A stretch of DNA of 44,779 bases from Gemmatimonadaceae bacterium (GCA_050733555.1 JBOHTE010000127.1:1-44779); one strand, 5' to 3'. Positions 1 to 9,321 are shown, numbered from the stretch's first letter. Translations and numbers: made by a program. The notes: generated by a model not told the origin, from the letters alone.

Positions 1-4
1 GCGC

Positions 5-472
5 ATGACAGTGCGCCGCGCCGTCATGCGCGACCTCGATACCATCGTCGACCTCCGCCTGGCGCTGCTCCGGCTGCACGCGGAGAACCCGCTCCACGGT
101 CGCATCCGCGCCGACGCACCACTCCGGGCACGGCGCCTCTACGCACAGCAACTGCGCGCGCTCGATGAAGTCATCTTCCTGGCGGAGCGCGACGGCGTCC
201 CGCTTGGCGTGCTCCGGTGCGCGCGCAGCAGCGGCACGCCCATGCTGGATCCGGTGATGTATGGGTACGTGTCATCGGTTTATGTCGTACCGGCGGCACG
301 GCGGCAGGGCGTGCTGCACGCCCTGCTGCGCGCCGCCGAGCGCTGGTGTCGCCGCCGTGGCCTCACCGAAATGCGCCTGCACAATTCCGCCCATGATGCC
401 GTGGCCAACACGGTCTGGGATGCGCTCGGCTTTGAACTGGCCGAAGTCGTGCGCGTACGGCCACTGCGCTGA
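5..472 (+). CDS. GNAT-family N-acetyltransferase
   Basis: 155-aa ORF with GNAT length and layout. It has an acetyl-CoA motif-A-like segment, 'VYVVPAARRQGVLHALLRAAERWCRRRG'. Recognised by motif only. Confidence 0.75.
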   Translation: MTVRRAVMRDLDTIVDLRLALLRLHAENPLHGRIRADAPLRARRLYAQQLRALDEVIFLAERDGVPLGVLRCARSSGTPMLDPVMYGYVSSVYVVPAARRQGVLHALLRAAERWCRRRGLTEMRLHNSAHDAVANTVWDALGFELAEVVRVRPLR

Positions 473-486
473 CCCCGGAGATCACC

Positions 487-1119
487 ATGTCGCTCATCAC
501 GATCTCGCGGATGTTCGGCTCCGGCGGCTCCGAGGTCGCAGCCGGGGTTGCGCAGGCGCTCGGCTGGCAGCTGCTGGACAATGCGTTCGTGGATGCCGTC
601 GCGCAGCGCCTCGGTGTGTCGCCCGAGGAGGTCGAGGAACGCGAGGAGCGCGTCCCGTCCCTGGCGCAGCGTCTGGCCAACACCCTCGCCATCAGCGCGC
701 CGGAAATTCTGCCCAGCCCCATCGCACCGCCCCTCCCTCCCACCGGGGAGCGCCTGGTCGAGGTCACCGCGCGCATCGTGCAGGAAGCGGTCGCCACGGG
801 TCACGCCGTGCTGGTGGGTCGCGGTGCGCAGTGCATCCTGGGCGAGCGCGCCGACGTCCTGCACATCTTCTGCTATGCGCCGCGCGACGCCCTGGCCGCG
901 CGTGCGGCAGCGCGCCTGGGGATCCCCATCCCGGAGGCCGCGCGCGAGGTCGATCAGCGCAATCGCCAGCGCGAACAGTACGTGCGCCGCTACTGGAAGC
1001 GCTCCTGGCTCGCGTTCGACAACTACCACCTGTGCGTCAATACCGGGGCCATGAGCATCGACGGCACCGTCGAGCTGGTGGTCCGCGTGGCACGTGAGCG
1101 ATTCGCGCTCACGCCATGA
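487..1119 (+). CDS. cytidylate kinase-like family protein
   Basis: 210-aa ORF. The N-terminal 'ITISRMFGSGGSEVAAGVAQALGW' is the glycine-rich loop typical of the cytidylate-kinase-like (Cytidylate_kin2) family. It starts 15 nt after the GNAT stop. Confidence 0.65.
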   Translation: MSLITISRMFGSGGSEVAAGVAQALGWQLLDNAFVDAVAQRLGVSPEEVEEREERVPSLAQRLANTLAISAPEILPSPIAPPLPPTGERLVEVTARIVQEAVATGHAVLVGRGAQCILGERADVLHIFCYAPRDALAARAAARLGIPIPEAAREVDQRNRQREQYVRRYWKRSWLAFDNYHLCVNTGAMSIDGTVELVVRVARERFALTP

Positions 1120-1175
1120 CGGCGGAATGGCGCATGCGGTCTTGATGTTCTGTTGCCCGGATGGCAAGGTGCAGT

Positions 1176-2462
1176 ATGCGCTCGCACACGTACTCGAAGT
1201 TCAGTCCCGAAGCTGCCGATGCGGTGGATCTGCAGTCGCTGCTCGACAAGCTGGCGGATTTCCTCCTGCAGTCGGGCTTCGCGGGAGGCAAGGGCCAGTC
1301 GCCGTACTGGGGCGAGTTCGACGGAGAGGCGGACCGCTCGCTCGATGCGCTGCGCGAGGCGATTCTCAACGCGCTCATGGAAAGCGGGCAGTTCACTCCC
1401 GAGATGCTCGACGCCCTGCGTGGCGACTCGGATGACGATGGAGAATCCGCGGGGCGCCTCGCGAAGCTGCTCGATGAGATCATTCAGCGCCTGGTGAACG
1501 AAGGCTATCTGAACCTCGAGGCGCCGCCGCAGATGCCGTCAGGCTATCAGGACGTGACCGGACGCGGAGGACTCGCGCGCGCGGCCGCCCGCGACGTGCA
1601 GTTCCAGCTCACCGAAAAGGGCATCGACTTCCTCGGCTTCCAGACGCTGCGTGACCTGCTCGGCTCGCTCGGGAAATCGAGCTTCGGCAATCACGACACG
1701 CCGTATCTGGCCACCGGCGTCGAAGCCGACGCGGCCAGTCGCCAGTACGAATTCGGCGACACGATGAATCTGGACGTGAATGCCACGCTGCAGCACGCGC
1801 TCGCGCGCACCGGATCGCTCGACGTGCCGATTGACCTCGACTACACCGATCTCATGGTGCATCAGGCGGAGTATCGCTCGTCCTGCGCGACGGTGCTCAT
1901 GCTCGACACGTCGCACTCCATGATTCTCTACGGCGAGGACCGGTTCACGCCCGCCAAGAAGGTGGCGCTCGCCCTGACCCATCTCATCCGAACCCAGTTT
2001 CCGGGTGACTCGCTGCGCGTCGTGCTCTTCCACGATTCCGCCGAGGAGATCCCGCTCGCCCGTCTGGCGCACGCCCAGGTCGGCCCGTATCACACCAACA
2101 CCGCGGAAGGACTCAAGCTCGCGCGGCGGATCCTGCTCGCGCAGAAGAAGGACATGCGGCAGATCGTGATGATCACCGACGGCAAGCCGAGTGCGCTCAC
2201 CATGCCCAACGGCATGATCTACAAGAATTCCATGGGGCTCGATGCCATGGTCGCCGCGCAGACGCTGCGCGAAGTGGCGGATTGCCGGCGCTGCGGCATC
2301 GTGATCAACACGTTCATGCTCGCGCGCGATCGTGCGCTCGTGGAGTTCGTCAAGCGCGTGGCCGCGATCAGCCGCGGCAAGGCCTACTTCACCAACACGA
2401 TGACGCTGGGCCAGTTCATTCTCATGGACTTCCTGCGGCGCAAGACGCGCAAGGTATCCTGA
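1176..2462 (+). CDS. VWA (von Willebrand factor A) domain protein
   Basis: MIDAS-like 'MLDTSHSM' (DxSxS), then 'ITDGKPS' and a C-terminal 'GKAYFT'. Start placed at the internal ATG giving 'MRSHTYSKF', which resembles N-termini of this family. The ORF opens at 1161. Confidence 0.7.
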   Translation: MRSHTYSKFSPEAADAVDLQSLLDKLADFLLQSGFAGGKGQSPYWGEFDGEADRSLDALREAILNALMESGQFTPEMLDALRGDSDDDGESAGRLAKLLDEIIQRLVNEGYLNLEAPPQMPSGYQDVTGRGGLARAAARDVQFQLTEKGIDFLGFQTLRDLLGSLGKSSFGNHDTPYLATGVEADAASRQYEFGDTMNLDVNATLQHALARTGSLDVPIDLDYTDLMVHQAEYRSSCATVLMLDTSHSMILYGEDRFTPAKKVALALTHLIRTQFPGDSLRVVLFHDSAEEIPLARLAHAQVGPYHTNTAEGLKLARRILLAQKKDMRQIVMITDGKPSALTMPNGMIYKNSMGLDAMVAAQTLREVADCRRCGIVINTFMLARDRALVEFVKRVAAISRGKAYFTNTMTLGQFILMDFLRRKTRKVS

Positions 2463-2480
2463 CGCGCCGCAGCGGCGACG

Positions 2481-3653
2481 CTAGAGTCGCGGCGCCACGG
2501 GCAGATCCAGCTCGAAGCGGAAGCGGGTGCCCTTCCCGAGTTCGGTATCCACCGCCAGCTCGCCGCCCAGCCCCCTGATGAGCCGGCGCGAAATGGACAG
2601 CCCCAGTCCCGCGCTCGAAAACGAGTAGTCGCCCACGCTCCGGCGCCGGCGGAATGTGTCGAAGAGACAGCTCATCACATCCGGCGGGATGCCGCGCCCG
2701 GTATCCCGTACCGAGAAATCCAGCCGTGTGCGCGTGCGCTGCGTCGCCGCGATCTCGACGAACCCCTCCGCCGTGAACTTCAGCGCGTTGGTCGTGAGAT
2801 TGAGCAGCACGCGATTCAGTGCGCCCGGGTGACCGAGCCGGAAGTCGGCATCGGGTGGCGCCAGCCTGAGGTCGAGCTTCTTTTCCTCCGCAATGGGCAG
2901 CACGATGTCGCGCACGCCGTTCATGACATCCGACACGGAGAACGGAACCGGTTCCACGTCCGTCAGCCGGTCGGCGCCGCGCACCAGCTCGATCACATCG
3001 CTCGACATGGCGCTGAGACCGAACGCCGCGCTGTAGATGAGCCCGAGCTGCCGCTCCTGCACGGGCGCGACGGCGCCGCTCTGCCCCTTCCGGAGGGTCT
3101 CGGCGAGAAAGAGAATGGACGACAGCGGCGACCGCAGGTCGTGCGCCACCTCCACGAGCAGATCCAGCCCCCCCACACCGGACAGACGGCTCGCGAACCG
3201 CTGCGCGTCGTCGTCCTCGAGCACCGCCTGCACGCGCTCGAACGCGCGCCACAGCGCGATGATGTCCCCGACGCTCGCGCCCGTACCCGGTTGGTTCGCC
3301 AGCTCGTCCACCACGGCCGCGCGCCAGCGACCGAGCAACCGCTGCACGGGCGCGGCGGGGGCGGCGCGCTCCACGAGAATGGTGTCGCCGGTCCAGCCCT
3401 GAGCGAGCGCGGCACCCAGTGCCGCCATCTGCGTGCGCAGATCATCGAGCTGTGTTCCCGACTCGATCGACTGCGGCGCCGCCAGCACGCGCGCCGCTGC
3501 CCGATCCACGAGTGCTCCCAGCGGATCGGGAATGGCCGCCGCGGCAATATCCGCCGCCGGTCCTGCCGGTCGTGCCACGTGATCAACCAGGGGTGTCCTG
3601 TCGCCTGCCGTGGTGCGCGTCATGGCGCTCGCGCGCGACGCGCCGGTGGTCAC
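2481..3653 (-). CDS. soluble sensor histidine kinase (HisKA + HATPase_c)
   Basis: H-box 'VAHDLRSPLSSILFLAETL', N-box 'LLNLTTNALKFT', G-boxes 'VRDTGRGIP' and 'SSAGLGLSISRRL'. No obvious hydrophobic TM segment. Its start overlaps the stop of the upstream regulator gene by 4 nt. Confidence 0.85.
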   Translation of the reverse strand: MTTGASRASAMTRTTAGDRTPLVDHVARPAGPAADIAAAAIPDPLGALVDRAAARVLAAPQSIESGTQLDDLRTQMAALGAALAQGWTGDTILVERAAPAAPVQRLLGRWRAAVVDELANQPGTGASVGDIIALWRAFERVQAVLEDDDAQRFASRLSGVGGLDLLVEVAHDLRSPLSSILFLAETLRKGQSGAVAPVQERQLGLIYSAAFGLSAMSSDVIELVRGADRLTDVEPVPFSVSDVMNGVRDIVLPIAEEKKLDLRLAPPDADFRLGHPGALNRVLLNLTTNALKFTAEGFVEIAATQRTRTRLDFSVRDTGRGIPPDVMSCLFDTFRRRRSVGDYSFSSAGLGLSISRRLIRGLGGELAVDTELGKGTRFRFELDLPVAPRL

Positions 3654-5170
3654 TCGGTGAGACCCGTCAGATCATCGCGCCGCATGTTGTGCTTCTCCAT
3701 GAGACGATAGAGCGTCGTCCGATCGATGTTTGCGAGCCGTGCCGCGCGCGACATGTTGCCGCCCGCCCGCGTCGTGAGCCGGGCGAGATACTCACGCTCG
3801 AATTCGGCGATCAGCCGGTCCTTCGCCGCATGATAGGGCTCGTCCATAATGGCGGTGGGCAGCGTCGTGCGCACCGGCAGCGCCGGCGCATCATCGTACA
3901 CCGGAATGTCCTCTGGCCGGATGGCGTGCCCCGGCTCGCTCAGCACCGCGACGTGCTCGATCACGTTCTGCAATTCGCGCACGTTCCCGCGCCACGGCCG
4001 GGCACGCAGCGCAGTGATCGCGTCGTCCGTGAGGCGCGGTGCCGCCTCGCTCGCCTGGCGGTGGCGCGACCAGTAGTGGGCGAGGAAGTGATTCGCCAGG
4101 AGCGGAATGTCTTCGAGTCGCTGGCGCAGGGGAGGAAGCCGGATGGGCACGACGCGCAGCCGATAGAACAGATCCTCGCGCAGCACGCCGGTGTTGACCG
4201 CCTCCTGCGGATCGCGGTTGGTCGCCGAGATGAAGCGGATGTCCACCACGGCATCCTGCTGTTCACTCCCCACGCGGCGCACGACGCCATCCTGCAGCAC
4301 GCGCAACAGCTTGGCCTGGATCTGATGCGACATCTCCGTCAGCTCGTCCAGGAAGAGCGTGCCGCCGTTGGCCGTTTCCAGCAACCCGGGCTTGTCGCGG
4401 TCCGCACCGGTGAACGCACCCTTGCGATGACCGAACATCTCGCTCTCGAGCAGCGGCTCGGGCAGCGCGGCGCAGTTGATCGGCACGAGCTTCCGGCTCG
4501 CGCGCCGGCTGTGTGCGTGAATGAACTGCGCAATGACTTCCTTGCCGGTGCCGCTCTCGCCGGCGATCATCACGGAGGCGTCCGTGGTGGCCACCTTGCG
4601 CGCCAGTTCCACGGCGCTCCGGAATGCGGGCGATACACCGAGCAGCGTGAGCTTGTCGCTGTTCCCGCTCTGCTGCACGAGCTGCTTGCGCAGGTCGCTC
4701 GTTTCCCGCGCCACCATGACCGCGTGCGACGCGCGCCCCACCAGGACCTGCAAATGCGTCGCGGAGAACGGCTTGGGCAGATAATCCCACGCACCAGCGC
4801 GCAGCGCCTCGATGCTCGTCGTCACACTGGGATTGCCCGTCATGACGACGACGATCGTGTCGCGGAATGCCTCGAGCGCCGCCTTCAGCACATCGATCCC
4901 CGACACGGGGGTCATGTAGAGATCCACGAGGATGATGTCGAATTTCCGGCGCCGGACCATGTCCAGCGCTTCATCACCCCGCCCGCAGAAGGTCACATTG
5001 TAGCCGTCCATCTGCAGCACGCTCGCGCACCCTTCGCGGAGCGTGCGGTCGTCGTCGACGACGAGGATGCGGATGCCGCCTTTGACCTCGGCGGGAATGG
5101 ACAGGGGATCGCGAGGAGCCGGCTGCGCGTCCGACGCGCTGTCGGGTTGTGCCACGAACGGACTGGACAT
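3650..5170 (-). CDS. sigma-54-dependent response regulator (NtrC family: REC + AAA+ + Fis-type HTH)
   Basis: REC 'IRILVVDDDRTL...DIILVDLYMTP...YLPKPF'. AAA+ Walker A 'GESGTGKE', sigma-54 contact loop 'GAFTGA', 'ESEMFGH'. C-terminal HTH 'NMSRAARLANIDRTTLYRLMEKH'. Start set at ATG 5170, which has a purine-rich GAGAAGG about 8 nt upstream. An alternative ATG lies at 5245. Confidence 0.9.
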   Translation of the reverse strand: MSSPFVAQPDSASDAQPAPRDPLSIPAEVKGGIRILVVDDDRTLREGCASVLQMDGYNVTFCGRGDEALDMVRRRKFDIILVDLYMTPVSGIDVLKAALEAFRDTIVVVMTGNPSVTTSIEALRAGAWDYLPKPFSATHLQVLVGRASHAVMVARETSDLRKQLVQQSGNSDKLTLLGVSPAFRSAVELARKVATTDASVMIAGESGTGKEVIAQFIHAHSRRASRKLVPINCAALPEPLLESEMFGHRKGAFTGADRDKPGLLETANGGTLFLDELTEMSHQIQAKLLRVLQDGVVRRVGSEQQDAVVDIRFISATNRDPQEAVNTGVLREDLFYRLRVVPIRLPPLRQRLEDIPLLANHFLAHYWSRHRQASEAAPRLTDDAITALRARPWRGNVRELQNVIEHVAVLSEPGHAIRPEDIPVYDDAPALPVRTTLPTAIMDEPYHAAKDRLIAEFEREYLARLTTRAGGNMSRAARLANIDRTTLYRLMEKHNMRRDDLTGLTE

Positions 5171-5684
5171 CGATTGTACCTTCTCTCCGCCTCCGGCGAC
5201 GGGCCGGTCAAATGGAAGGACTGGGTGCGGCAGCGGGGGTGCCATCTGTGCCGCTGACGATCGGCAACACAGATTGTCAAGTCAATGCTACATTCCTGTC
5301 GTCCGAATACCACATGATGTAAGTCACATTCAGCGGCATTCTCCCTTGCACGCCCGGTCTGGCGCTAGATTGCCACGGGTAGCTCGGCAACTGTGGAGTC
5401 GCTGTAACGACGAATCGTGCGTTGAGCCGTCACGAGATGCGCAAGGCGGAGTCACCCGGGAACGGGCACACCGGAAGGCGGAGTGAGCCCATGGAGACGC
5501 ATGCCGGTCGCGAGGGGCTTCCCCCCGACACGCTGACAGGTCCTAAACGTGCATGTAAACGCCAGTTAGATACGTTACGCCGGCGCGATGCGCCTCGTCC
5601 TTGTCGGTTGACCCGTCCCGAAATGCCAGTCGGTGTGTACAGCCGCTACGACCACGGCGTTTCGCATGTCTGCTGATTCGGGGA

Positions 5685-5700
5685 TGGGCCTGGAATTGCA
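5685..5700 (+). promoter_or_regulatory. candidate sigma-54 -24/-12 promoter (TGGGCCTGGAATTGCA)
   Basis: GG at 5686-5687 and GC at 5698-5699 are separated by exactly 10 nt, as in TGGCACG-N4-TTGCW. The -12 element TTGCA is perfect. It lies 94 nt upstream of the wzc ATG. Confidence 0.4.
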
Positions 5701-5793
5701 TGCCTTGGCGATCGTGCAGCAGCTCGCGCCCCGTACGCGCTGGCACTCCCGCCCGGTGCCCTGCGGAAGATCAACCCTGGAGCGTCTTCTCGA

Positions 5794-8238
5794 ATGTCCG
5801 TGAACTACCTCCCGTCCAACCTCCCCGGTGAACCGGCGCGTGATCCGGGCGCGCTGGCCTTGCCGCAACCGTGGTCGTCGCCGGTCTGGGGCGGCGGTCA
5901 GGACGCCGAGGACGCCGGCATCCCGTGGGGGCGATACTTCGCCGCGCTGCGTCGCTACAAGTGGATGATTCTCGCCATCGTCCTGGCCGGCACCGCGCTC
6001 GGATTTGGCGTGAGCCAGTTCATCACCCCGGAGTTCCAGGTCGCCGGAACGATCTGGATTTCCGAAGCCGATCCGCGCATGGTCAACAACAATCGCGGTC
6101 CGGTACGGGGCGAGGAGCTCCTGGGAGGCGGGGCGTGGGCGGATCTGCTCACCAGCTCCAACGTCATGGATCGGGTCGTCCGCCGCATGGGACTCTACCT
6201 GTGGGCGACGAACAGCGCTGACTCCGCGGCGTTCGCGGGGTTCCAGCCCGGCACCGGCTTCCGGGCGGGCACGTACGAGTTGGGCGTCGATCCCACGGGC
6301 AGCAAATACAGCCTGAGTACGAAGGACGGCACGGTCGTGGAACGCGGGGCGGTGGGCGATTCCGTTGGACGCACGGTGGGCTTCCTCTGGCTGCCGACGG
6401 CCGCGGCGCTGGGAAAAGGACGGACGTTGGAGTTCAGCGTACAGAATCCGCGCGAGATCGCCAACAGTCTCACCAAGCGCGTGGAAGTCACGCTTCCTCA
6501 GGGCAGCTCGTTCCTCAAACTCACCCTGACGGGCGCAAGTCCGCGGCGCACCGCGACGATTCTCAACACGGTCATGACGGAGTTCGTGGCGACCGCCACG
6601 GATCTCAAGCGCCGCAACCTGGACGAAACCGCCAAGACGCTGCAGTCGCAGCTCGACGATGCGCACAACGCGCTGCAGACATCGGAAAACAAGCTGCAGG
6701 GCTTCCGTACCAATACGATCACACTGCCCACCGAGGACGTCGCGCTCGGCAATCCTGGCGCCGCACCCGTCGCACCCGGAGCCGATGCCGCGCCGAATCC
6801 GGTCGCCAACGGCTACTTCGAACAGAAGCTGCAACTCGAATCGCTGCAACGGGACCAGAGAGCTCTCGAGGCGCTCCTGGCGAATCCCGCAACCATTACG
6901 GCTGATGCGTTCGTGCCCATTCAGACGGCGCAGCAGTCACCCGATCTGACGGCCGCCCTGCAGGAACTGTCCAAGCGGGAAACTGCGCTGCGCGCCGCGC
7001 GCGAAGTGTACACCGATCAACATCCCACGGTGGTGCAGCTCAACGCGAGCGTGCAGCTCATGCGCACGCAAACCATCCCGGGCATTCTGCGTGCGCTCGT
7101 CGTGCAGTTGAAGAAGCGCGAGGCCGCGCTGAGTACGCAGATCGGTTCGGCCACGCAGCAGCTCAAGGCCATCCCGTCGCGCTCCATCGAACTGATGCGA
7201 TTGCAGCGCGACGTGCAGACGAAGTCGGCGCTGTATCAAATGCTGCAGGGCCGCTTCGAGGAAGCCCGCCTGGCTGCCGTGAGCGCCATCCCCGACGTGA
7301 GCATTCTCGACACGGCGGTCGCACCGCTCATTCCCACGAAGAACACGGCGCCGAGCATCATTCTCATCGCCCTGCTGGCCAGCCTGGGCGGCGCCGTGGG
7401 ACTGGCGCTGCTGTTCGACCAGACGGACTCGCGGTTCCGCTACCCGGAGCAGGCCAGCCACGACATGCGGCTCACGATCCTGGGCGCGGTGCCGACGATC
7501 GCCGGCGGCAGAGGCGCGAGCCCCGACCCGGCGGAAGCCGCACAGGTCATCGAGGCGTTCCGCACGATCCGGATGAGCATCACCAACGCGTGCGGCGGTG
7601 CGCCCATGATGTTCACCATCTCGAGTCCTGGTCCGGGCGATGGCAAGTCGCTCGTGTCCTCGAATCTGGCGCTCTCGTTCGCGGAAGCGGGGTATCGCAC
7701 CGTCCTGGTGGACGGCGACACGCGACGCGGTCAATTGCACGCGATGTTCAACGCGAATCGCCGACCCGGCCTGCTGGATCTCCTCGGCGGCGAGGCGCCG
7801 CTCGACGCCATTGTGCGCACCACGACGCACGAGAAACTCACGCTCGTGCCGTGCGGCACACGGCGCCACCGCGGCCCGGAACTGCTGCACTCGCAGGCGA
7901 TGCTCCAGCTCATTGCCGATCTGCGTGACCGCTACGACGTGATCATTCTCGACAGCCCGCCCTTCGGGGCGGGCGTGGATCCGTTCGTGCTCGGTGCGGC
8001 CACGGGCAATCTCGTGTGCGTGCTGCGCACCGGCACCACGGACCGGAAGCTCGCCGAGGCCAAGCTCCAGCTCATGGGTCGCCTGCCGATCCACGTACTC
8101 GGCGCCGTGCTCAACGACATTCTGGCCGAGGGCGCCTACAAGTACTACTCGTATCTCTACGGCTACACGACGAGCGAGGACGATGATGAGACGCTGCGCC
8201 TCTCGCCGCGGGTAGGAGAGCTGTCCGGCAAGGTATAG
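5794..8238 (+). CDS. wzc: polysaccharide co-polymerase / tyrosine autokinase (PCP-2a, Wzc/GumC-like BY-kinase)
   Basis: 814 aa. N-terminal Wzz-type region with TM 'WMILAIVLAGTALGFGV', a long coiled-coil periplasmic part and a second TM 'IILIALLASLGGAVGLALLF'. Kinase Walker A 'SSPGPGDGKS', A' 'VLVDGDTRR', B 'VIILDSPP'. C-terminal tyrosine cluster 'YKYYSYLYGY'. Confidence 0.9.
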   Translation: MSVNYLPSNLPGEPARDPGALALPQPWSSPVWGGGQDAEDAGIPWGRYFAALRRYKWMILAIVLAGTALGFGVSQFITPEFQVAGTIWISEADPRMVNNNRGPVRGEELLGGGAWADLLTSSNVMDRVVRRMGLYLWATNSADSAAFAGFQPGTGFRAGTYELGVDPTGSKYSLSTKDGTVVERGAVGDSVGRTVGFLWLPTAAALGKGRTLEFSVQNPREIANSLTKRVEVTLPQGSSFLKLTLTGASPRRTATILNTVMTEFVATATDLKRRNLDETAKTLQSQLDDAHNALQTSENKLQGFRTNTITLPTEDVALGNPGAAPVAPGADAAPNPVANGYFEQKLQLESLQRDQRALEALLANPATITADAFVPIQTAQQSPDLTAALQELSKRETALRAAREVYTDQHPTVVQLNASVQLMRTQTIPGILRALVVQLKKREAALSTQIGSATQQLKAIPSRSIELMRLQRDVQTKSALYQMLQGRFEEARLAAVSAIPDVSILDTAVAPLIPTKNTAPSIILIALLASLGGAVGLALLFDQTDSRFRYPEQASHDMRLTILGAVPTIAGGRGASPDPAEAAQVIEAFRTIRMSITNACGGAPMMFTISSPGPGDGKSLVSSNLALSFAEAGYRTVLVDGDTRRGQLHAMFNANRRPGLLDLLGGEAPLDAIVRTTTHEKLTLVPCGTRRHRGPELLHSQAMLQLIADLRDRYDVIILDSPPFGAGVDPFVLGAATGNLVCVLRTGTTDRKLAEAKLQLMGRLPIHVLGAVLNDILAEGAYKYYSYLYGYTTSEDDDETLRLSPRVGELSGKV

Positions 8239-8272
8239 CACGGCGGTCTCGCGCAGCCTGACGGAAACGTGA

Positions 8273-8307
8273 GCGGGTCGCTTCCCCTGGTGGGCGAAGC
8301 GACCCGC
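8273..8307. terminator. GC-rich hairpin between convergent genes (candidate bidirectional terminator)
   Basis: Perfect 12-bp arms GCGGGTCGCTTC (8273-8284) and GAAGCGACCCGC (8296-8307) with an 11-nt loop. No clear T-tract follows. Confidence 0.4.
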
Positions 8308-8315
8308 AGTGCGTT

Positions 8316-8362
8316 CGTGCTGTCTCTCCGGGTGATGACTCTCTGCGTGCTGTCTTTCCGGG
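8316..8362. repeat. 17-nt direct repeat, 16/17 identical, 30-nt period
   Basis: CGTGCTGTCTCTCCGGG (8316-8332) and CGTGCTGTCTTTCCGGG (8346-8362), immediately 3' of the stop of the minus-strand REC-GGDEF gene. Confidence 0.6.
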
Positions 8363-8364
8363 GA

Positions 8365-9321
8365 CTACAGGCTTGACCGGGCGGGAACTTCCTCGAACGC
8401 CTTGATGGTCTCACCCGTGGAATCGGAGCGCAGGTAGCGCAGCGCCGTCGTCGCACGGAGCAGCATCTCCACGGCGTCCACGGCGGACTCCGAGAAGTCG
8501 GGAACGGCGCAGTAGCCTGCGCGGATTTTCACGACGTGCGCCAGATCGCCGAGTGACACCGGCTCGGCGTCAATCATCCCCTGCATGCGCTCCATCATGC
8601 GGACCGCGCCAGGGCTGCCGGTCGCGGGAGCGATGATCGCGAAATCCGTCGGTCCGATCCGTCCGATGGCATCCGACACGCGCCCCGAGCGGCGCACCAG
8701 CGCACTGAGGTGCACGACGACCTGCTCCGTGTGTCCGTTGAAGGGACGGTCGGAGTGATCGACGGACGCGGGAAGTGGTGAAAACGCCACGCAGGAGATG
8801 GGGGCACGCAGTCGCTGCGCTTCGGCCGAGATCTCGCGCGCGCGGCGGACCAGGCCGCGCATGTTGTAGAGACCCGTGATGGGGTCCAGCAGACTTTCAC
8901 TGCGCAAGTGATCGGCTTCGCGCTTGCTCCGCATGAACGCGTCCAGCTTGAGGAGCAGGGCTTCGCCATCGATCGGCTGCCCCACGAGTTCCCAGGCACC
9001 GGCCCGGTGCGCGGCCAGCCGCTTGTCCCGATCGGCTGCGCCGGAGGTGGTAACGAGGATGGGCGTGGACGAGCTGAAGTGCGCATCTCCATAGAGAGAG
9101 CGGCACACCTCGATCCCGCCCATGTCCGGTAGCCGGAAGTCCACGATCACCAGGTCAGGCTGTGCCGTGCGCGCCAGTTCGATCACCTGCTTCCCCGTGT
9201 ACGCTCGAAGCACCGCGTAGCCGTTCGGTCCCAGGATGCTCTCGAGTGACCTCGCGGACCACTCCTGGTCGTTGGCGAGCAGTACCAGCGGTGGACGTGA
9301 CACCTTTTCCGAATCAGTCAT
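8365..9321 (-). CDS. response-regulator receiver fused to a degenerate GGDEF domain (I-site retained)
   Basis: REC with 'DLVIVDFRLPDMGG'. GGDEF fold opening 'DPITGLYNMRGL'. The signature GGDEF reads 'GPTDF', preceded by 'RVSD' with canonical RxxD-N5 spacing. Confidence 0.8.
   Translation of the reverse strand: MTDSEKVSRPPLVLLANDQEWSARSLESILGPNGYAVLRAYTGKQVIELARTAQPDLVIVDFRLPDMGGIEVCRSLYGDAHFSSSTPILVTTSGAADRDKRLAAHRAGAWELVGQPIDGEALLLKLDAFMRSKREADHLRSESLLDPITGLYNMRGLVRRAREISAEAQRLRAPISCVAFSPLPASVDHSDRPFNGHTEQVVVHLSALVRRSGRVSDAIGRIGPTDFAIIAPATGSPGAVRMMERMQGMIDAEPVSLGDLAHVVKIRAGYCAVPDFSESAVDAVEMLLRATTALRYLRSDSTGETIKAFEEVPARSSL

Noticed and set aside
5335-5350. CGGCATTCTCCCTTGCA, a sigma-54-like site in the regulator/wzc intergenic region
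   Set aside because: GG and GC are separated by 11 nt rather than the 10 nt that sigma-54 promoters require. It also lies about 450 nt from the wzc start.
5422-5676. 84-aa ORF (and others) inside the large regulator/wzc intergenic region
   Set aside because: The translation is Arg/Pro-rich with no motif, no plausible ribosome-binding context and overlapping ORFs on both strands. It is more likely untranslated promoter or leader DNA.
5741-5760. Perfect TGGCAC hexamer 50 nt upstream of wzc
   Set aside because: No GC or TTGC element is present at the required -12 position; positions 5754-5755 read CG. It is probably a chance hexamer, or half of the small GGCAC/GTGCC inverted repeat seen there.
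3419-8241. Long alternative-strand ORFs 3419-5257 (+), 5575-6849 (-) and 6937-8241 (-)
   Set aside because: They lie opposite the NtrC-type regulator and wzc, both of which carry diagnostic motifs. They also bridge the intergenic promoter region in an implausible way.
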